Virus record (IMG/VR): IMGVR_UViG_3300031418_000003
Origin: a virus
Lineage: Duplodnaviria; Caudoviricetes
Reading direction: 5' to 3' (one strand)
DNA length: 64,000 nucleotides
The notes beneath the pieces were generated by a model. It saw only the letters and a program-made list of their open reading frames with translations, had not been told where the DNA came from and did not search any database. Both the position numbers and the translations under genes were made by a program. Below, one piece after another: positions 26,557 through 37,414 of the stretch. Position 1 is the stretch's first letter; every line of letters starts with the position of its first letter.

Positions 26557-28881
26557 ATGAGTCAATTGGAAAGAGCCAAAAAGGTTCTGGAGCATCTTGG
26601 GTTAAAATGGTCCCAGCTCCCCGACTACTTAATGGATGACAAAAACAAACGTACGCAGTTGGCAGACGAAGATACTCGTATCCTAGCCCACTTTGAGGAA
26701 GACACGCTCTGGACATTAAAGACCGTCCGGTTCCTGAAAGACTTCCAACGGTACAATGCTGGTATCCATTTCAACACGTCAAATAAATCATTTAAACGTA
26801 CTGCAGAATTGTTCCGCAGTATGGGGATTAAGAACTACTATTTCATGTTGCAGCTAAACAACCCTATGCTGCAAGATGTGGATCCCTGGGATCCTAACCT
26901 CGATGATGTCACCCGCGCAATGATCCATAACGAATGTAATGAAAACATTTGGTACATCATTCGTGAAGTGGTCATGATTGGTGGGCGGCGTTTCCGTGGT
27001 AACCGTGCTGTCCTGTCATTTATCTGGGCATGCCTTTGTCATATCCCAACGACCATTCTAATGCCACGTCAGTCTGGTAAAACGGTGGGAATGCAGGTAC
27101 TGGCCTTTATCATGCAGTACTTTGTGGGTCGTGGTTATCGAACCGGGTTAATTACCTTGGCCGCATCAAACCGAATGCAGTTCGTGGAAGCCATCAAGAA
27201 GATCAGGGCAGGTTTACCCGATTACCTTATCAATGTCACTTACAAAGACAAAGATGCTGGTAACATGCTGTCCTATGAAGCATTCGGGGTCGAGTTCAAG
27301 AACACCTTTGAAGTGCGTGTTCCCTCCGGTGGTGCCGACGGTGCTGAGAACGTATCGCGTGGTTCAACCTTTGAATCACTGCTGTATGACGAACCGGCCT
27401 GGACTAAGTACATTGAGAATATTATCAATGGCTCGGGTCCTGCGACCCTGACTGCTCAGAAGGAAGCCCGTGAGAAGGGCATCCCGTACTTCACTGCCAA
27501 AGCAACGACACCTAACTCAGTATTAAAAGAGGAAGGTCGTTTCATGCACCAGGACTTCATGGACTCAACTGAGTGGCGTGAAGCGTTCTTTGACAGCTTC
27601 TCTGAAACCCATCTGGTCAAACGTCTGATCAAAGCGTCTCCTATCAGTAACGTCACCTTCCCGAAACTGGGTATGATGTTTACACACCTTCAGCTTGGCT
27701 TGGGTCACGCTTGGGTAAAAGAGACAATGGATAAGCTGGGTCTGTCTTGGTCTAAAGCTAAGATTGACTTGTTGATGATGTGGACGGAAGAGGGCGAGAG
27801 TAAACTCTTCGATGACTTCACGCGTGAGAAGTTGAACGAAGCCAAACAAGATCCGGTCTGGAATGAAGAAGTCAATGACACAGGGTTGTTCATCGACTGG
27901 TTTATAACCAAAGATGAATTGGAAGTGTTTATCAACGACCCTGATGAATATTTCTTTATGGGAATGGATACCTCGGATGCGAACAACCGAGATGCAATGA
28001 CATTGGTTATAAGGCGAGCTAAGACAGGTGAGAATGTCGGGACAGGTCGATACCCATTGGCGTTTGCCGATGACGTGACAGAGGTATTAAAAGAACTTCT
28101 GATCCGTATCCCCAACAGTCTTCTGTTGATTGAACGTAACCGTGCCGCTCACATGATCGAGCGTCTCTTGTTAACTCTTCCGGCTTATAACATTGATCCA
28201 TTCAGACGCATCTTTAATGACATCATTCAAGACCCGGTGAAATACAAGAACGAATACAAAGATGTGAGTGAGATTCACTTTAAACATCGCAGTAAAGAGT
28301 TCTACTTGCGCTTCAAACGTTTCTTTGGTTTCTACACTGGACCACAGACTCGCCGTGAGATGTATGGGTTTATTCACGAGGCTGTCTCGTTAACTGGTGC
28401 CGGCATTCGCTTTAAACTGTTGGTTGATGAACTGATTGGTTTGGAGATCAACAAAGAAGGTCGTATCGATCACGGAAACAAAACCCACGATGACTTGGTG
28501 GTGGCGTGGTTGTTGTCTTACTGGTTTATTAAACTCGGTTATAACAAAACGTATTATGGTATTCCTCAGGGAATGGTCATGACACAGATTATAACCTTGA
28601 AGAACAACGGTGATGCACCGCAATACACTAAGAACCAACTGGAAATGTTTATCAAGATCAAATCACGGATTAATGACCTGACCAAGGAGTTGATGCAAAC
28701 CACCAATAACATCATTGCAGAGCGTATTGAGATGGAGGTTCGCAAGCTCTCTGAGTTTATTCCTAAAGAGATGAAAAAGACCATCACCATCGATAACATT
28801 CTGGAAGAGGCGAAAGCTGAACGTAATAAACGTGCAGTGGCTAAACGCACTCGCTTTAATGGATCAGTCCGTTACCGATAA
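26557..28881 (+). CDS. terL: Terminase large subunit (phiKZ gp25-like)
   Basis: PRQSGKT Walker A, LLYDEP Walker B, FMGMDTS and HDDLVVAW nuclease motifs. Confidence 0.93.
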   Translation: MSQLERAKKVLEHLGLKWSQLPDYLMDDKNKRTQLADEDTRILAHFEEDTLWTLKTVRFLKDFQRYNAGIHFNTSNKSFKRTAELFRSMGIKNYYFMLQLNNPMLQDVDPWDPNLDDVTRAMIHNECNENIWYIIREVVMIGGRRFRGNRAVLSFIWACLCHIPTTILMPRQSGKTVGMQVLAFIMQYFVGRGYRTGLITLAASNRMQFVEAIKKIRAGLPDYLINVTYKDKDAGNMLSYEAFGVEFKNTFEVRVPSGGADGAENVSRGSTFESLLYDEPAWTKYIENIINGSGPATLTAQKEAREKGIPYFTAKATTPNSVLKEEGRFMHQDFMDSTEWREAFFDSFSETHLVKRLIKASPISNVTFPKLGMMFTHLQLGLGHAWVKETMDKLGLSWSKAKIDLLMMWTEEGESKLFDDFTREKLNEAKQDPVWNEEVNDTGLFIDWFITKDELEVFINDPDEYFFMGMDTSDANNRDAMTLVIRRAKTGENVGTGRYPLAFADDVTEVLKELLIRIPNSLLLIERNRAAHMIERLLLTLPAYNIDPFRRIFNDIIQDPVKYKNEYKDVSEIHFKHRSKEFYLRFKRFFGFYTGPQTRREMYGFIHEAVSLTGAGIRFKLLVDELIGLEINKEGRIDHGNKTHDDLVVAWLLSYWFIKLGYNKTYYGIPQGMVMTQIITLKNNGDAPQYTKNQLEMFIKIKSRINDLTKELMQTTNNIIAERIEMEVRKLSEFIPKEMKKTITIDNILEEAKAERNKRAVAKRTRFNGSVRYR

Positions 28882-28901
28882 AAAAAATAAGATAGATGAG
28901 G

Positions 28902-28927
28902 AACCTCTACCCATGTGGGTAGAGGTT
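28902..28927. terminator. Bidirectional terminator (CTAC/GTAG family)
   Basis: AACCTCTACCC-atgt-GGGTAGAGGTT between convergent genes. Confidence 0.8.
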
Positions 28928-28934
28928 CAGTCTA

Positions 28935-29492
28935 TTATGAGATGCTGATTACCAGACCGTTTGTTTGATGGGTAAAGATAAGAGTATCTGTGAGTGCGGC
29001 GATTAACTGCTCCTCGTATCCAGATGAATGAAGGGATGAGTAAATTGGCTTGTCGTTTTGGTAAACATCAATAAACCGCATTTCACCTGATCCGGTTGGT
29101 ATTGTGTAGACATGCGCATTTAAGCTACCTGGGAGCAAAGAACTGACGAATTGAAAATCATTAACTGTTTGTACAATCGATCTCACTACCCGTTCTACTT
29201 CATCTTTGACATACTGTTGTGTGTGAACCGTTAACAGGTAAACAATATTGTCGATAGTTAGTGTAGACACACTGTGACCATCTTTCTCAATATTAACATT
29301 AATTGACGTTATCTCTTTTCCATTAATAACGATCCCGTAGCTTACATTTTCGCCAATGATAGTACGAATCGCATAAACACGATATTCTGGCCAAATAGAG
29401 ATGTAGCGAGGTAAAGCGTTGATATTGGCTTTGTCAATAATATCTGAAAACTTCTTAGCAATTAATGTGAAGTTTGATTCGCTGATGATCAT
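28935..29492 (-). CDS. Hypothetical protein in a single-gene cassette
   Basis: Own promoter motif and terminator; AGGA RBS. Confidence 0.75.
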   Translation of the reverse strand: MIISESNFTLIAKKFSDIIDKANINALPRYISIWPEYRVYAIRTIIGENVSYGIVINGKEITSINVNIEKDGHSVSTLTIDNIVYLLTVHTQQYVKDEVERVVRSIVQTVNDFQFVSSLLPGSLNAHVYTIPTGSGEMRFIDVYQNDKPIYSSLHSSGYEEQLIAALTDTLIFTHQTNGLVISIS

Positions 29493-29531
29493 AATAAATC
29501 CTATTTAAATTAAGCGTTGGTTAACAAGTAG

Positions 29532-29546
29532 ATAATATAGGTCTTA
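29532..29546 (-). promoter_or_regulatory. Phage promoter motif
   Basis: TAAGACCTATATTAT on the minus strand. Confidence 0.65.
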
Positions 29547-29567
29547 GTTTAAATAGAAACAAACATA

Positions 29568-29597
29568 TTCCTACTCTCCCTTGCGGAAGAGTAGGAA
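29568..29597. terminator. Terminator hairpin (family)
   Basis: TTCCTACTCT...AGAGTAGGAA downstream of 29606..31363. Confidence 0.7.
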
Positions 29598-29605
29598 CCA
29601 TGAGA

Positions 29606-31363
29606 TTACGTTGTTGGTGCCGTGATTTCATTACAGATAGCTGCAGAAACACCCAGTTGCAATTCATTACCATCGGACTCACGTAATACCCAACGGATAT
29701 AAAGTGTGGTGCCGGTACTCAGTGCAATACTGGAGATCGGTAGCTGATTGAATGCCGCTACTGGAATACCACTGGTAAAGGTACCGTCTTCACGAACCAG
29801 GTCAAAGTGCGTAGGTGTCGGTGCTTTAACTTCAGTACGAACATCGTACATCGGTGCAAACGCCCAATAACCTGCATCCAAGAACTCGTCGATTGTGGTG
29901 ACGGTTGCAAAGCGACCTGGGTTACCACCACCCACTTGCTGCCAGAACTCGACTACCATGTTCGGGAAGCCCGGTGCGTTGTAGTCATGGCGAATATTCC
30001 ACTTACGACCCGGTGCACTTGGTGGGTTGAATAACGTGATCGTGCTGTACTGAATGAATGCCCACGGTTCATAAATAGCAGAAACATCCCGCATATTTAA
30101 GTTGAACACCATTGGTTGTTCCTGACCGAACAGTTGACCCTGGAAGACCGGCGAGGTTTCATTCAAGGTAACTTTGTCAGTCACGTCACGACAGTACTTG
30201 CGATCCAGGTCAGTTAACCAATGTTTCAGTTTATAACCTGCCGCACTATCCCAATAAGGATAGGTATAGATACGCGGACTGTACGCACCCTGTGCCGGTG
30301 TTGCCACAATCTCATACAGATTAGACATGTGACGTGGTGCGCCCGGTTGAGCAATGGATGCTTGCTCGCTTTCACTGAAGAAGTACGTCAACACAACTGC
30401 ATCGGAGATTTGTCCCGGTGTCGTTGGTTTGTACTGATTGATACCATCCAGACGGAATCCGTTATCACCGTTGAAGGAGTTAACCGGTTGTTCAGAAGTG
30501 GTGCCGTCACTGTAGTGAACCAATGCACGGAACTCAACAGCACTCAGTGGTAAGTTCACCGGAATAAACAAGGTGTTCGGTTTGGTACTGTTTGTAAACC
30601 ACGGAGCCAACAGTTCAATAGAAGTGATGTACTTCTTATCCAACTGATGATCACGCAGATACGCACAGTGTTGAACTACGACCGGATAGGTTGGCGGAAT
30701 AGGGCGACCAGCCTGATCGTAATAAACCAGTGTACAGCGAGTACCGTTTGGAAGAGCAGCTTCGTTCTGAGTTACACTGAACGAGTTACACCCCATAACC
30801 ACATTGTTTTCTAGGTTATCGTAAACCACAGGAGAAACACCAATCTGATTATTCACCAGATCCATGTTGGCGTAGGTCGCAGAAATGATCTCGCCTTTCT
30901 CACTGATGATCGCCCCTTTATACAACATCGCATACGCAGCATTCGGCGCCACCGCATTAGCATCCACACGAGCCACCGCAGGACGAGTAGAGAAGTCAAT
31001 GGCTAATGCCAGCTCACCTTGCAGGAAACCGTATTCGTGCTGAGGGAAAAGATCGTAATCTGAAACATCTTTCTCAGGTAAGAGGAAGTAGTTCTCAAAT
31101 GTACTTTTCCAGGTGTTGTATTTATCAACATGTTTGACAATCAGAAAACGATTGTCATCGACATCTACAACCAACTCACCTTCCAATGGGATGATGTATT
31201 TCGCCATATCCGAAACCGGATGGATGTCCGGGTCATAGATCTGGCTGAGATACCAAATGCGTTTGATATCACCTTCATTACGAAGGGCAGGTTCATTTCC
31301 AGGAACCACCCCAGTTGTTTTCGCAGTAGATGTTGCGCTACCGCTAAATAAGTTACTGCTCAT
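29606..31363 (-). CDS. Virion structural (baseplate-type) protein, phiKZ gp26-like
   Basis: Size and synteny between terL and the sheath gene. Confidence 0.65.
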   Translation of the reverse strand: MSSNLFSGSATSTAKTTGVVPGNEPALRNEGDIKRIWYLSQIYDPDIHPVSDMAKYIIPLEGELVVDVDDNRFLIVKHVDKYNTWKSTFENYFLLPEKDVSDYDLFPQHEYGFLQGELALAIDFSTRPAVARVDANAVAPNAAYAMLYKGAIISEKGEIISATYANMDLVNNQIGVSPVVYDNLENNVVMGCNSFSVTQNEAALPNGTRCTLVYYDQAGRPIPPTYPVVVQHCAYLRDHQLDKKYITSIELLAPWFTNSTKPNTLFIPVNLPLSAVEFRALVHYSDGTTSEQPVNSFNGDNGFRLDGINQYKPTTPGQISDAVVLTYFFSESEQASIAQPGAPRHMSNLYEIVATPAQGAYSPRIYTYPYWDSAAGYKLKHWLTDLDRKYCRDVTDKVTLNETSPVFQGQLFGQEQPMVFNLNMRDVSAIYEPWAFIQYSTITLFNPPSAPGRKWNIRHDYNAPGFPNMVVEFWQQVGGGNPGRFATVTTIDEFLDAGYWAFAPMYDVRTEVKAPTPTHFDLVREDGTFTSGIPVAAFNQLPISSIALSTGTTLYIRWVLRESDGNELQLGVSAAICNEITAPTT

Positions 31364-34175
31364 TCTTCACCTCAAAGTGTCCTTCGATGGCTACCTTACC
31401 TTTAAGGTAGAGTTCGTTCACCATCTTAATAAAGGTAAGCTGATCCGGCGTAACTGTAGGGCGAGTGAGGTTACTGTACGGATGGACCGTAAAGTACTGA
31501 AGATCAAACCCAAGGATAATGGGGTCGTACTTCAACATCCACTCGTACTCTTTAATCACTTCATCCACAGTTTGCGGTGGATAAGGTACCGCTTTACCAG
31601 ATGGTTTCGGTGCGTCCATGAACCCTAAGATCAATTCATTCACCACCATGCTCAGGAACGGACTAAACAAAGTATATTTGTCACCGGCCATATAAATCAC
31701 ATTCAGTGGTTCTACTGACTTATATTTCACATTGGCTGTTAAGTAATCACCGACAGTTTGATCCAATTTCTGGGCGTCGTCATAACCCCAGTATGTGTCG
31801 TACTTGTCCACATACTTGTTGGCAGAGTAAATGTGCTTCACCTCGTAGGGCATGCCATTTAAACTCTTCATGTTGTCACCGTGGTGGATATCTTCCGCCT
31901 GGTCAACAGTCTGGGTTAAATACAGACGACCATTGATGATGGTCTTGGTTGGGCGGTCAATACGAAGATTGTAACGACCGTTGTACCCAATGACCCCATC
32001 TGCCACAATACCCAACTCACTGGTGTGTACCAGTCCGTTCTTCGACAACCCGGTACCACGATACTGAATAAACTGTGAACCTTCCTGTAGCCACATCTTG
32101 TTAATGATGTAAACATTCGGGAAGTCCATGATGTAATCCACGTTTTCAATCAGTGGATGTTTGTTCATCCAGATATCAATTTGACCCGGTTCGATAGGCA
32201 ACTGAATACCGCCGATACTCCACTTGAACGTAATACCAAAGCTCAGGGAGTTATCAATGTGAGTCAGGTTGAACTCGTTATAAAGATGTGCGGTGTCAAA
32301 CACTACCATCCCTACCCAGTTCACGGTATCAAACTTCCAGACCACATAACCGTTTACAATCTCATATTGAGTATCGTCTCCGGTGATATCAATCCAGTCG
32401 CCCACAGGCCAGCCACCCGGTGGTAAATCATTACCATCAGTGTTGGTGTTCTCATCAGCCCGATAGACTTTCAGTTCTCGTCCATTTTCACCGTAAGGGT
32501 TCGTGCCATCGGTAGACACTTTGATTTCGTTCTTTGTGATATCAGTTGGGTCGTAATCAGGATCAATCGCCCACTGTGCTTTATAGACACGGAAGCCATA
32601 ACCTGTACGTAACTTCACATCAGTTTTGCTGATGATGTAGTCGATCCAGGTGGACGCTTTACCCAATGCCCACTCCACATAGAACGCATCTTCTTGCGGC
32701 ATGTACCATTGTTGATTAGTTACATTTACTTTACGAATCAACAGCCCATCTTTGTTGTACTCGTAAGCAGTGGAACTCTCAATAAAGGTAGGTGGGATTT
32801 CATACCCCAATCCAGACGTAAATGGCGCAGTCGGGTAGAAGTCATCGAAGTCTGGATCGTCCGGCGTGACATAAGGCATGTACAGCGGTGTGTTGGACAT
32901 TGCCACACTGCAACCGTGATAACCCAACCCTTGTCGTACTGTATCGGTAGTCAGCGACTGAATGATACCGTTTAACACAAAGTTAGTCGGTGCATTCTCA
33001 AGGGTCGACGCCTTCCACTCATTCACGTTTGAGTTGGAGCCTGTCATGGCACCCAGAATCAGACCCGGTTCTTCTAACAGATAGAGGTCATTAATACGAC
33101 TTGCAGTTGGACCAACTTCGATTTTCCAACGTGTCTGATGATACGCCACAGTAATCTGCATATCGGACATTTTGGATTTACCCGTGGTGTCCTCTTTAAT
33201 CAGACGTGCGCCCAGGAACTCGATGTAGTCTGCTGCCATGCCGTAGTCTTGATGTGTTAACTGACGCACTGCATCAATGGAGTTACGGTTGAAGTAGTAA
33301 CTCTGTCCGTTACGTTTGTTGGTAATATAGAAACGACAATCCGCGTAATAATGATAGTAACGAGGAAGATCCATAAAACCAGGGAAAAGAATAACTTTTC
33401 TTTTATTATCCAAGATGGATAAGTAATCTGGCATGGTGGTGTAGTCGTAGCTCAGGATCATCCCGACAGAAGGATCATACGTCGCCTCGATTAAATCCCC
33501 TACTTTTACTACAGCCGTTTCAATAGGGACTACTTTACCGTTCTGGTAGAATTGTACCAGACCCATGTCATAAGCTTTCCACGCATTGTAGTTAACTTTA
33601 ACACGTGTGAGGTCATCCGTCTTGGAGTAGAGACTCCCGACATAACCAAAACTGTTTTTCAGGACGTTGTCCGCGGACAAGTTACGCACATTAATATCCG
33701 TCGAGTAACAATGGATATACAAGCTCTTGTCCAACGGCATTGGGAAATTCTTGTTAACAGGAATTGCCACCAACGTTACACCATCAAAGCACGGCATGAT
33801 CAATGTCCCTTCACGAGGGAACATCGTACCGTCTGCTTTATACACGTCAATAGAGACCGCACGGTTTTTAGCGAACGCTGAAGCAGTAACCCAGGTATCG
33901 ACAGGATACCAGCTCTTTCCACGATTTCCGAAATTCCAGAATCCGGTATCAAGTCCACCCATGGTAAAGACATGATAGAAGTTATAGGTCGTCGGCAGAT
34001 ACCGACGTTTACCCATATAAACGAAATCGTTAACGAAGCCTTGTAAGCCAGAGACACGTGCCAGTTTTATCTGGTATTGCGAGGGAAGTTCAGGGTTCCC
34101 CCACATATTGTGAACAGCATAGTCTACAAGTGGGTTATTTTCCTGGGTGTAAGTTTGTTGATAAGCAGTAGACAT
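31353..34175 (-). CDS. Virion structural (baseplate-type) protein, phiKZ gp27-like
   Basis: 940 aa; synteny. Confidence 0.65.
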   Translation of the reverse strand: MSTAYQQTYTQENNPLVDYAVHNMWGNPELPSQYQIKLARVSGLQGFVNDFVYMGKRRYLPTTYNFYHVFTMGGLDTGFWNFGNRGKSWYPVDTWVTASAFAKNRAVSIDVYKADGTMFPREGTLIMPCFDGVTLVAIPVNKNFPMPLDKSLYIHCYSTDINVRNLSADNVLKNSFGYVGSLYSKTDDLTRVKVNYNAWKAYDMGLVQFYQNGKVVPIETAVVKVGDLIEATYDPSVGMILSYDYTTMPDYLSILDNKRKVILFPGFMDLPRYYHYYADCRFYITNKRNGQSYYFNRNSIDAVRQLTHQDYGMAADYIEFLGARLIKEDTTGKSKMSDMQITVAYHQTRWKIEVGPTASRINDLYLLEEPGLILGAMTGSNSNVNEWKASTLENAPTNFVLNGIIQSLTTDTVRQGLGYHGCSVAMSNTPLYMPYVTPDDPDFDDFYPTAPFTSGLGYEIPPTFIESSTAYEYNKDGLLIRKVNVTNQQWYMPQEDAFYVEWALGKASTWIDYIISKTDVKLRTGYGFRVYKAQWAIDPDYDPTDITKNEIKVSTDGTNPYGENGRELKVYRADENTNTDGNDLPPGGWPVGDWIDITGDDTQYEIVNGYVVWKFDTVNWVGMVVFDTAHLYNEFNLTHIDNSLSFGITFKWSIGGIQLPIEPGQIDIWMNKHPLIENVDYIMDFPNVYIINKMWLQEGSQFIQYRGTGLSKNGLVHTSELGIVADGVIGYNGRYNLRIDRPTKTIINGRLYLTQTVDQAEDIHHGDNMKSLNGMPYEVKHIYSANKYVDKYDTYWGYDDAQKLDQTVGDYLTANVKYKSVEPLNVIYMAGDKYTLFSPFLSMVVNELILGFMDAPKPSGKAVPYPPQTVDEVIKEYEWMLKYDPIILGFDLQYFTVHPYSNLTRPTVTPDQLTFIKMVNELYLKGKVAIEGHFEVKNEQ

Positions 34176-34201
34176 TTCATTACCCCAAGATAAATACGAA
34201 C

Positions 34202-35077
34202 TTAACGGGCGTTATAATAGAAACCCACGGTCTGAATAAAGTTCGATACTGAACTGTCATTCTTGACATTGAGTTCTTGACCAACACCTGTATTTTGATA
34301 AATCTTTTCTGTTGCTGCACCGTAGCAAATTGCTGTGAACAGGGACGGCATTTCTAATGCTCCACCCATTAACATGCGGAAGCCAGAGGTGGTGAAGAAG
34401 ATAGATGAGCCTGCTGCAATTAAGCCACCCAGGTCTAAGCGAGACAGACTGAATAGTGCGGGGTTAGTTTTGATCGCATTCAGTAAGTCTTCCAGGTTGC
34501 CCAGATACCCCAATTCCTGAATCACGTCTAAGACTTGAGTCTGTGGAATACGCAGGGCGCGATTAATCGCATTCTGACTAATAAAGGTATAGTCAACATT
34601 TGGGTCTTCAAACTGGCAGACATAATAATGTCCCAGAATGATGCGCAGTGTCATCTTCTGAATGATGTCCAGTGTGACAGTACGGGCAAGCGCGTTCCCA
34701 AAGGCATTAGCAAATGCTTTTAAGGTATGTGGACGCACCGTTTTAATCAGGCTGGTATTTCCACGTTGCAAGTCCTGCTGTAATATAGAGGCGAGCAACA
34801 TAACGTTGTACTCAGGAACGTTGATGTTTTTACCTGCTGAATTAAAGTAGGTACGCTGATCAAGTACTGTTACTGGTTCTCGTTTGTAATTATAAACTGA
34901 AATTGGAAAGACGAATTTAGGCAATCCAAAATCATTTTTATGATCAACGCCAAAGACACCACGATTGTCGATTTGATCGAGCCGTTGGGTACTTTGGAGT
35001 AGCTTTATTGTTTCAGCCACTTTATCCTTGATTCTGAATTTACTACCCACGGTAGTATCATAACCATTTACAATCAT
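34202..35077 (-). CDS. Virion structural protein, phiKZ gp28-like
   Basis: Synteny, divergent from the sheath gene. Confidence 0.6.
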   Translation of the reverse strand: MIVNGYDTTVGSKFRIKDKVAETIKLLQSTQRLDQIDNRGVFGVDHKNDFGLPKFVFPISVYNYKREPVTVLDQRTYFNSAGKNINVPEYNVMLLASILQQDLQRGNTSLIKTVRPHTLKAFANAFGNALARTVTLDIIQKMTLRIILGHYYVCQFEDPNVDYTFISQNAINRALRIPQTQVLDVIQELGYLGNLEDLLNAIKTNPALFSLSRLDLGGLIAAGSSIFFTTSGFRMLMGGALEMPSLFTAICYGAATEKIYQNTGVGQELNVKNDSSVSNFIQTVGFYYNAR

Positions 35078-35184
35078 GTCTCTAGTCCTGAAATAATGTT
35101 ATGCGTGTTAACGTTAACTGTCATGCCCGATTTTTGGGTCATACGATTGATTTTTTTGATCAAAAAAATTAATGAGGTAGTACT

Positions 35185-37401
35185 ATGGATACTTTTTCCA
35201 AAGTGATACCAGGTAAAGTCGTCAATAACGGTATTGTAAGTCGAGAGACTTTTTCAAGTACGGTCCCCGTTGTTTCTTCACCTGCTCACTTTCCGGACTT
35301 TGCGGCCGTAACGCCTAAAGGCGCTACCAAGCACGGTACGGTGTCAATGGCATCTTTCTCCGAGAAGTTCGGGGATGTCACTGACGCATTCGGGCTGTAT
35401 TATAACCCGGTGACTTTTGCAATCTCCAAATTAGGCGACGCAGCACAAGCTTCGTTTGGCTTTAAACGTCTGGTAAATAACAGTGTGAAATCACGCATCA
35501 TTGCCGGTGTTGTAATCTTCAGCGGTGAAGTTGCTAACTACAATCGTGATCCGTTAACGGGCGATTATGTGTTTAACGATGCCGGTGATCCGATTGTCAA
35601 CACTGAAACTCCAACCATTACTGGTAAGTGGGTTTGTCCGGCAGTTCTGAAAAGTACCGGTGATGTGGGCGATAAGAAACCTTTCGAGGTAACGTCTGAT
35701 GCAACCACTCCGGGTATCCCTGAAGGGACAGTAGGTAAATTCTGGCCGCTGAAAGAACTGGTCTCCGGAATCGGTGACTACTATAATAGTAGCTATGCTG
35801 CTTTCGGTCACAAAACCCTGACTGACTGGAATGCGGTGACTGAGTTCATCGAAGCCAATGGTGCGTATCCATTCATCCTGAATATCGGTACTGTTACCGA
35901 TGCGGGTCTGCGTGTTCCTGCTGCAACCATCAACGGCACACCGGATACCACATTCACTATGTTTGATGTCGTCTCCAGTGAAAACGTTCGTTACAGCTTG
36001 AAAGCTGCGGTGGATTCTTACACCGGTAACAACGTTAACCGTCAGGTTGAAACGGTTGATTCCCCGTTCAGTGAAAGCTACGTTTATGCGAATAACGTAA
36101 ACGCAGTGGCCAAAGAACTGTATGATGCAGAGTACGGTGCCGGTGTTGAGGTAGCTCCAGTAGTTTCCTCTAAGCGTCTGCCGAAATATGCGATCATGAA
36201 CATGTGGGATTTGGTTAACCATAACGGTGTACCGTACAAACACATTGTGTTCGGTGGTAACATTGCTCTGACTACCCAGACTAACACCCTGACCGGTACG
36301 CGCATCAGTCTGAACCACTACCTGCAATCTAACGGCGGCATCAATCCGTTCGCAGATAATGACGGTAAGTACCCAGCAGCGCCAACAACCTGGAATGCCA
36401 ATAAGTACGGCGCTTGGGTTGTTGACAATACTGATCCTGATGCCATCATCTCTCAAGCCCAGTGCTGGGAAATGAACCAGATGCTGATCGAAGCGTGGTT
36501 GACCGAATATAAAGCATCTCTGGATATCAAAGATGTTATTCGCAACCGTGTCTCTTTCTTCTGGGACGTGGGTTACAAACAGTCTATCAAGAACCTGCTG
36601 ATCAACATGATGTCTGTCCGTAAAGACTTCATTGTTGTTCCGTGTGCGACCGAGTGGCTGGTTGATAAGACCCAGGACGAGATCTACTCTACTGCAGTTA
36701 TGCTGAATACTCGTATTAGCATGATTCCAGAGTCAGAGATCTATCAGTCTCACGCCTGTCGTGCAGCGATCAACCTGTGGAACGCTCGTTACATTGATGA
36801 GCCAACCTGGGGTCGCTTCAGCCTGAACATCGATCTGATGTATGCGTTCGCGCTGGCTGGCGGTGGTGAAGACGGTCGCATGTTCAAGGCTCAGATGCCT
36901 GATCATGAAGGTAACCGTATCCTGCGTATTGCGCATGATCCGTTTGTGCAGTTCGAGGCAGACAATCCTGCTGCCAACAACCTGATCAACGGTAACATCA
37001 CTGTTACTCCGATCAACGAATCTCAGTTCTGCCGTCCAGCTCTGCCAACTGTTTATGACAACATCAACAGCGTACTGAAAGATCTGACCAACGTGTGGAA
37101 ATGCGTCTGCGTTGAGAAGATTCTGGCAGATCAGTGGATCCAGGTTTCTGGTGATACCCAGCTGGGCAAAGAAGGTTATCTGTCTACGGTTAAAGACAAT
37201 GCTGAAACATTGATCCGCGATCGTTTCGGCTCTGTGATTTCCAACTGGGAAGTTGTGACTTCGTTCCTTGAAGATTCACCAACTTCTAAATCCAAAATGT
37301 ACGCAACGACCAAACTGTGGTTCGGTAAAGGTTACTACATGCTGGATTCCGTGCTGGAAGCTTACAACGAAGATAGCCTGGCAACCACTCAAGCAGCGTG
37401 A
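35185..37401 (+). CDS. Tail sheath protein (phiKZ gp29-like)
   Basis: 738 aa; FFWDVGY and C-terminal sheath-like region; followed by a tube-sized gene. Confidence 0.85.
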   Translation: MDTFSKVIPGKVVNNGIVSRETFSSTVPVVSSPAHFPDFAAVTPKGATKHGTVSMASFSEKFGDVTDAFGLYYNPVTFAISKLGDAAQASFGFKRLVNNSVKSRIIAGVVIFSGEVANYNRDPLTGDYVFNDAGDPIVNTETPTITGKWVCPAVLKSTGDVGDKKPFEVTSDATTPGIPEGTVGKFWPLKELVSGIGDYYNSSYAAFGHKTLTDWNAVTEFIEANGAYPFILNIGTVTDAGLRVPAATINGTPDTTFTMFDVVSSENVRYSLKAAVDSYTGNNVNRQVETVDSPFSESYVYANNVNAVAKELYDAEYGAGVEVAPVVSSKRLPKYAIMNMWDLVNHNGVPYKHIVFGGNIALTTQTNTLTGTRISLNHYLQSNGGINPFADNDGKYPAAPTTWNANKYGAWVVDNTDPDAIISQAQCWEMNQMLIEAWLTEYKASLDIKDVIRNRVSFFWDVGYKQSIKNLLINMMSVRKDFIVVPCATEWLVDKTQDEIYSTAVMLNTRISMIPESEIYQSHACRAAINLWNARYIDEPTWGRFSLNIDLMYAFALAGGGEDGRMFKAQMPDHEGNRILRIAHDPFVQFEADNPAANNLINGNITVTPINESQFCRPALPTVYDNINSVLKDLTNVWKCVCVEKILADQWIQVSGDTQLGKEGYLSTVKDNAETLIRDRFGSVISNWEVVTSFLEDSPTSKSKMYATTKLWFGKGYYMLDSVLEAYNEDSLATTQAA

Positions 37402-37414
37402 TAAGGAATAAGAA

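Noticed and set aside
35554-36456. Long antisense or alternative-frame ORFs (also 45914..46624, 50669..51172, 61950..62384)
   Set aside because: Shadow ORFs of well-supported genes; no RBS or motifs
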